Shown here: positions 61,801 to 64,000 of the stretch, in pieces
How positions within the stretch are numbered: the first letter of the stretch is position 1
Layout of the letters: each line of letters starts with the position of its first letter
NCBI RefSeq assembly: GCF_009914755.1
Contig: NC_060928.1
Direction: 5' to 3' (one strand)
DNA: 64,000 nucleotides
From: the human T2T-CHM13v2.0 reference genome, Homo sapiens
Translations under genes and position numbers: made by a program
The notes under the pieces: generated by a model
Database searches by the model: none
Told to the model about the DNA's origin: nothing
Seen by the model: only the letters and a program-made list of their open reading frames with translations

Positions 61801-62479
61801 TAATATATCATGTTGTTTCTAATATAGCATGTATCTGTCTTCTTAAGGAGAAATATATTGCCTCTATATAACCATTTAGGAGAAAGGTCTAAATACCTTT
61901 CTTAAACACAAATTTTGGGGGGCTTTAAAATAAATATTGCTATTTTTGTCTTTTTCACAATTTTCCCACCTCTCCCTACCCCCATAAAAAGCCAACACAA
62001 ATAAACTTACAGCTTTGAGATGTATTTATTTTTTAATCTAAGAAGTACTTATTGAGCACCTATCTGTAAAAGATGCTATAGAAGATGTTGAGAAAATATA
62101 AAATACAGTCTCTGACTTGAAAACATTGTTTTCATTTGCTACATCCTCCCTCATTAACTGGCCATTTTCTCATCTTTAAAACAAGCAAAATCATAGTACC
62201 TACTTCATTTACTTTTTCTGAAGATTAAAGAAAATGACCATTTAATGAGGTTATCCCAGTGCCTGGTAATTGCATGATTAACAAATCATGCAAAAATTAC
62301 TAGTTCATCATAACTACTAAGCAACCGTAATTCCTTAAGTAGCCTTCATATGACTTGATTTCAAGTTGTTTACTATTCTAGTTGTAGACATTTCCTTTCT
62401 AATTGTCTATGTTTTTAGTGAAGTATATCAATCAGAAAAATTTTAATAATATACATTTGGTTTGTCCTACCAAAGGTAG

Positions 62480-62650
62480 ATAGTTGTTTTCAAACTTAAA
62501 GTTGCAAAGTGCATAAAGATTACTCTGGAGCTTGTTAAAATTGCAAATAATTATAAAAATCTTTCTAGAGTTTCTGAAGCAATAGGTACATGGTGTGGAG
62601 TGCAGTAATCTGCATGTTTATGAACATGTCCTGAGAACTGCACTTCGAAA
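62480..62650. mobile_element. MER5-like hAT
   Basis: ttttcaaactt...ggagcttgttaaaa...aatctgcatgttt. Confidence 0.55.
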
Positions 62651-62658
62651 AATGCTCA

Positions 62659-62985
62659 ATCTGGGTGTGGCGGCTCACATCTGTAATCCCAACACTTTGG
62701 GAGACCAAGATAGGAGGATCACTTCAGCTCAAGAGTTCAAGACCAACCTGTACAATAGGGAAAAACCTTGTCTCTACAAAAAATACCAAAATTAGTTGGG
62801 CATGGTGGTGCATGCCTGTGGTCCCAGCTACTTGGGAGGCTGAGGTGGGAGAATCACTTGAGCCCAGGAGGTTGAGGCTTCGGTGAGCCAAGATCATAAC
62901 ACTGCACTCTGGCCTGGGCAACAAAGTGAGACCCTGTCTCAAAAAAAAGAAAAAAGAAAAGAAAAAAGGAAAAGAAATGAAAAAG
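62659..62985 (+). mobile_element. AluJ-like
   Basis: ggaggatcactt...gaggttgaggct; A/G-rich tail. Confidence 0.93.
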
Positions 62986-63130
62986 ACTTAATAAAACTAT
63001 CATCTCTCTTGTTTAGGTGTTTTACCTTCTCTTAATGCAGCTTAGAGAACATCAGAAGTTTTGAAAGTCAGATCATCCTGATGGCTGCTTGCATTTACTG
63101 TAAGTAAAAACACCAGAATGTTCTCCTTAG

Positions 63131-63453
<323 letters not shown>

Positions 63454-63774
63454 ATTAAATTTTTTAATTTTTAATTTTTCCCCCATCTCTTAAAACTATC
63501 ACAAGGGTAGCCTTCTTCATCCAGGTCTTTCATTGTCCTAGTTTGGAGAAGAAGGACATATTCCCCAAGTGGAGGGCACTTTCAGGACACATGAGATCTT
63601 AACAGCCTGAGGAGATGAACAATCTAAACAAAACTAAGAAACAAGTCAAGACAAGAGACTTCTGGTTTAGCGCAGGTCTATTTGTAAGCCTGTTTTTCAT
63701 CTCCTAGCTTAATGGCTGAGCTTTGTCAAGGTTCCGTTTGGTCTCTATTCATTTAATCTGTGCTTTTAATTAAA

Positions 63775-63915
63775 TTAATTGATTAAAAACATTTAATCCA
63801 CCCATCTTATCAGATAGTTATTATTGTTCTCCCCCATTTTAATGATGAGGAAACTAAGGTACAGAAAGGTGAAGTGACTTTACCAAGGTCACACAGCTAA
63901 TAAATAATGGAACTA
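63775..63915 (-). mobile_element. MIR
   Basis: gatgaggaaactaaggtacagaaaggtgaagtgactttaccaaggtcacacagcta. Confidence 0.85.
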
Positions 63916-64000
63916 GGCCGGGCACAGTGGCTCACGCCTGTAATCCCAGCACTTTGGGAAGCTGAAGCGAGCAGATCACGAGGTCAGGAGTTTGAGACCA
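63916..64000 (+). mobile_element. AluS/Y 5' part (cut by window end)
   Basis: ggccgggcacagtggctcacgcctgtaatcccagc. Confidence 0.95.

Overview
This is primate genomic DNA, almost certainly human: a consensus-identical AluYa5 lies at 45626-45927. It is non-coding and dominated by interspersed repeats. Bases ~500-34200 form a near-continuous stack of nested, mostly + strand LINE-1 relics with Alus and MaLR/ERVL LTRs inserted. Bases 34200-64000 contain L2/MIR/DNA-transposon fossils, a 3'-truncated 7SK pseudogene (38540-38743), a complete solo LTR12C (49458-50876, - strand, 4-bp TSD), MLT2A1 and other LTRs, and microsatellites. I find no supportable host protein-coding exon; the ORF track is explained by L1 ORF2 remnants, antisense Alus, the GC-rich LTR12C or simple repeats. 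I see no new gene system. The unusual signals are structural: (1) three local templated copies of DNA from ~1 kb away, namely an inverted copy at 12241-12380, a multi-switch inverted rearrangement at 29070-29570 and a 53-bp direct copy at 42573/43750; (2) a bare poly(A) insertion with a perfect 15-bp TSD; (3) an Alu filler at an L1 deletion junction; (4) an AT-rich perfect palindrome; (5) an LTR12C whose AATAAA TATA-like box appears mutated. Subfamily names are from recalled consensus sequences, not a RepeatMasker run, and boundaries of old elements are approximate.
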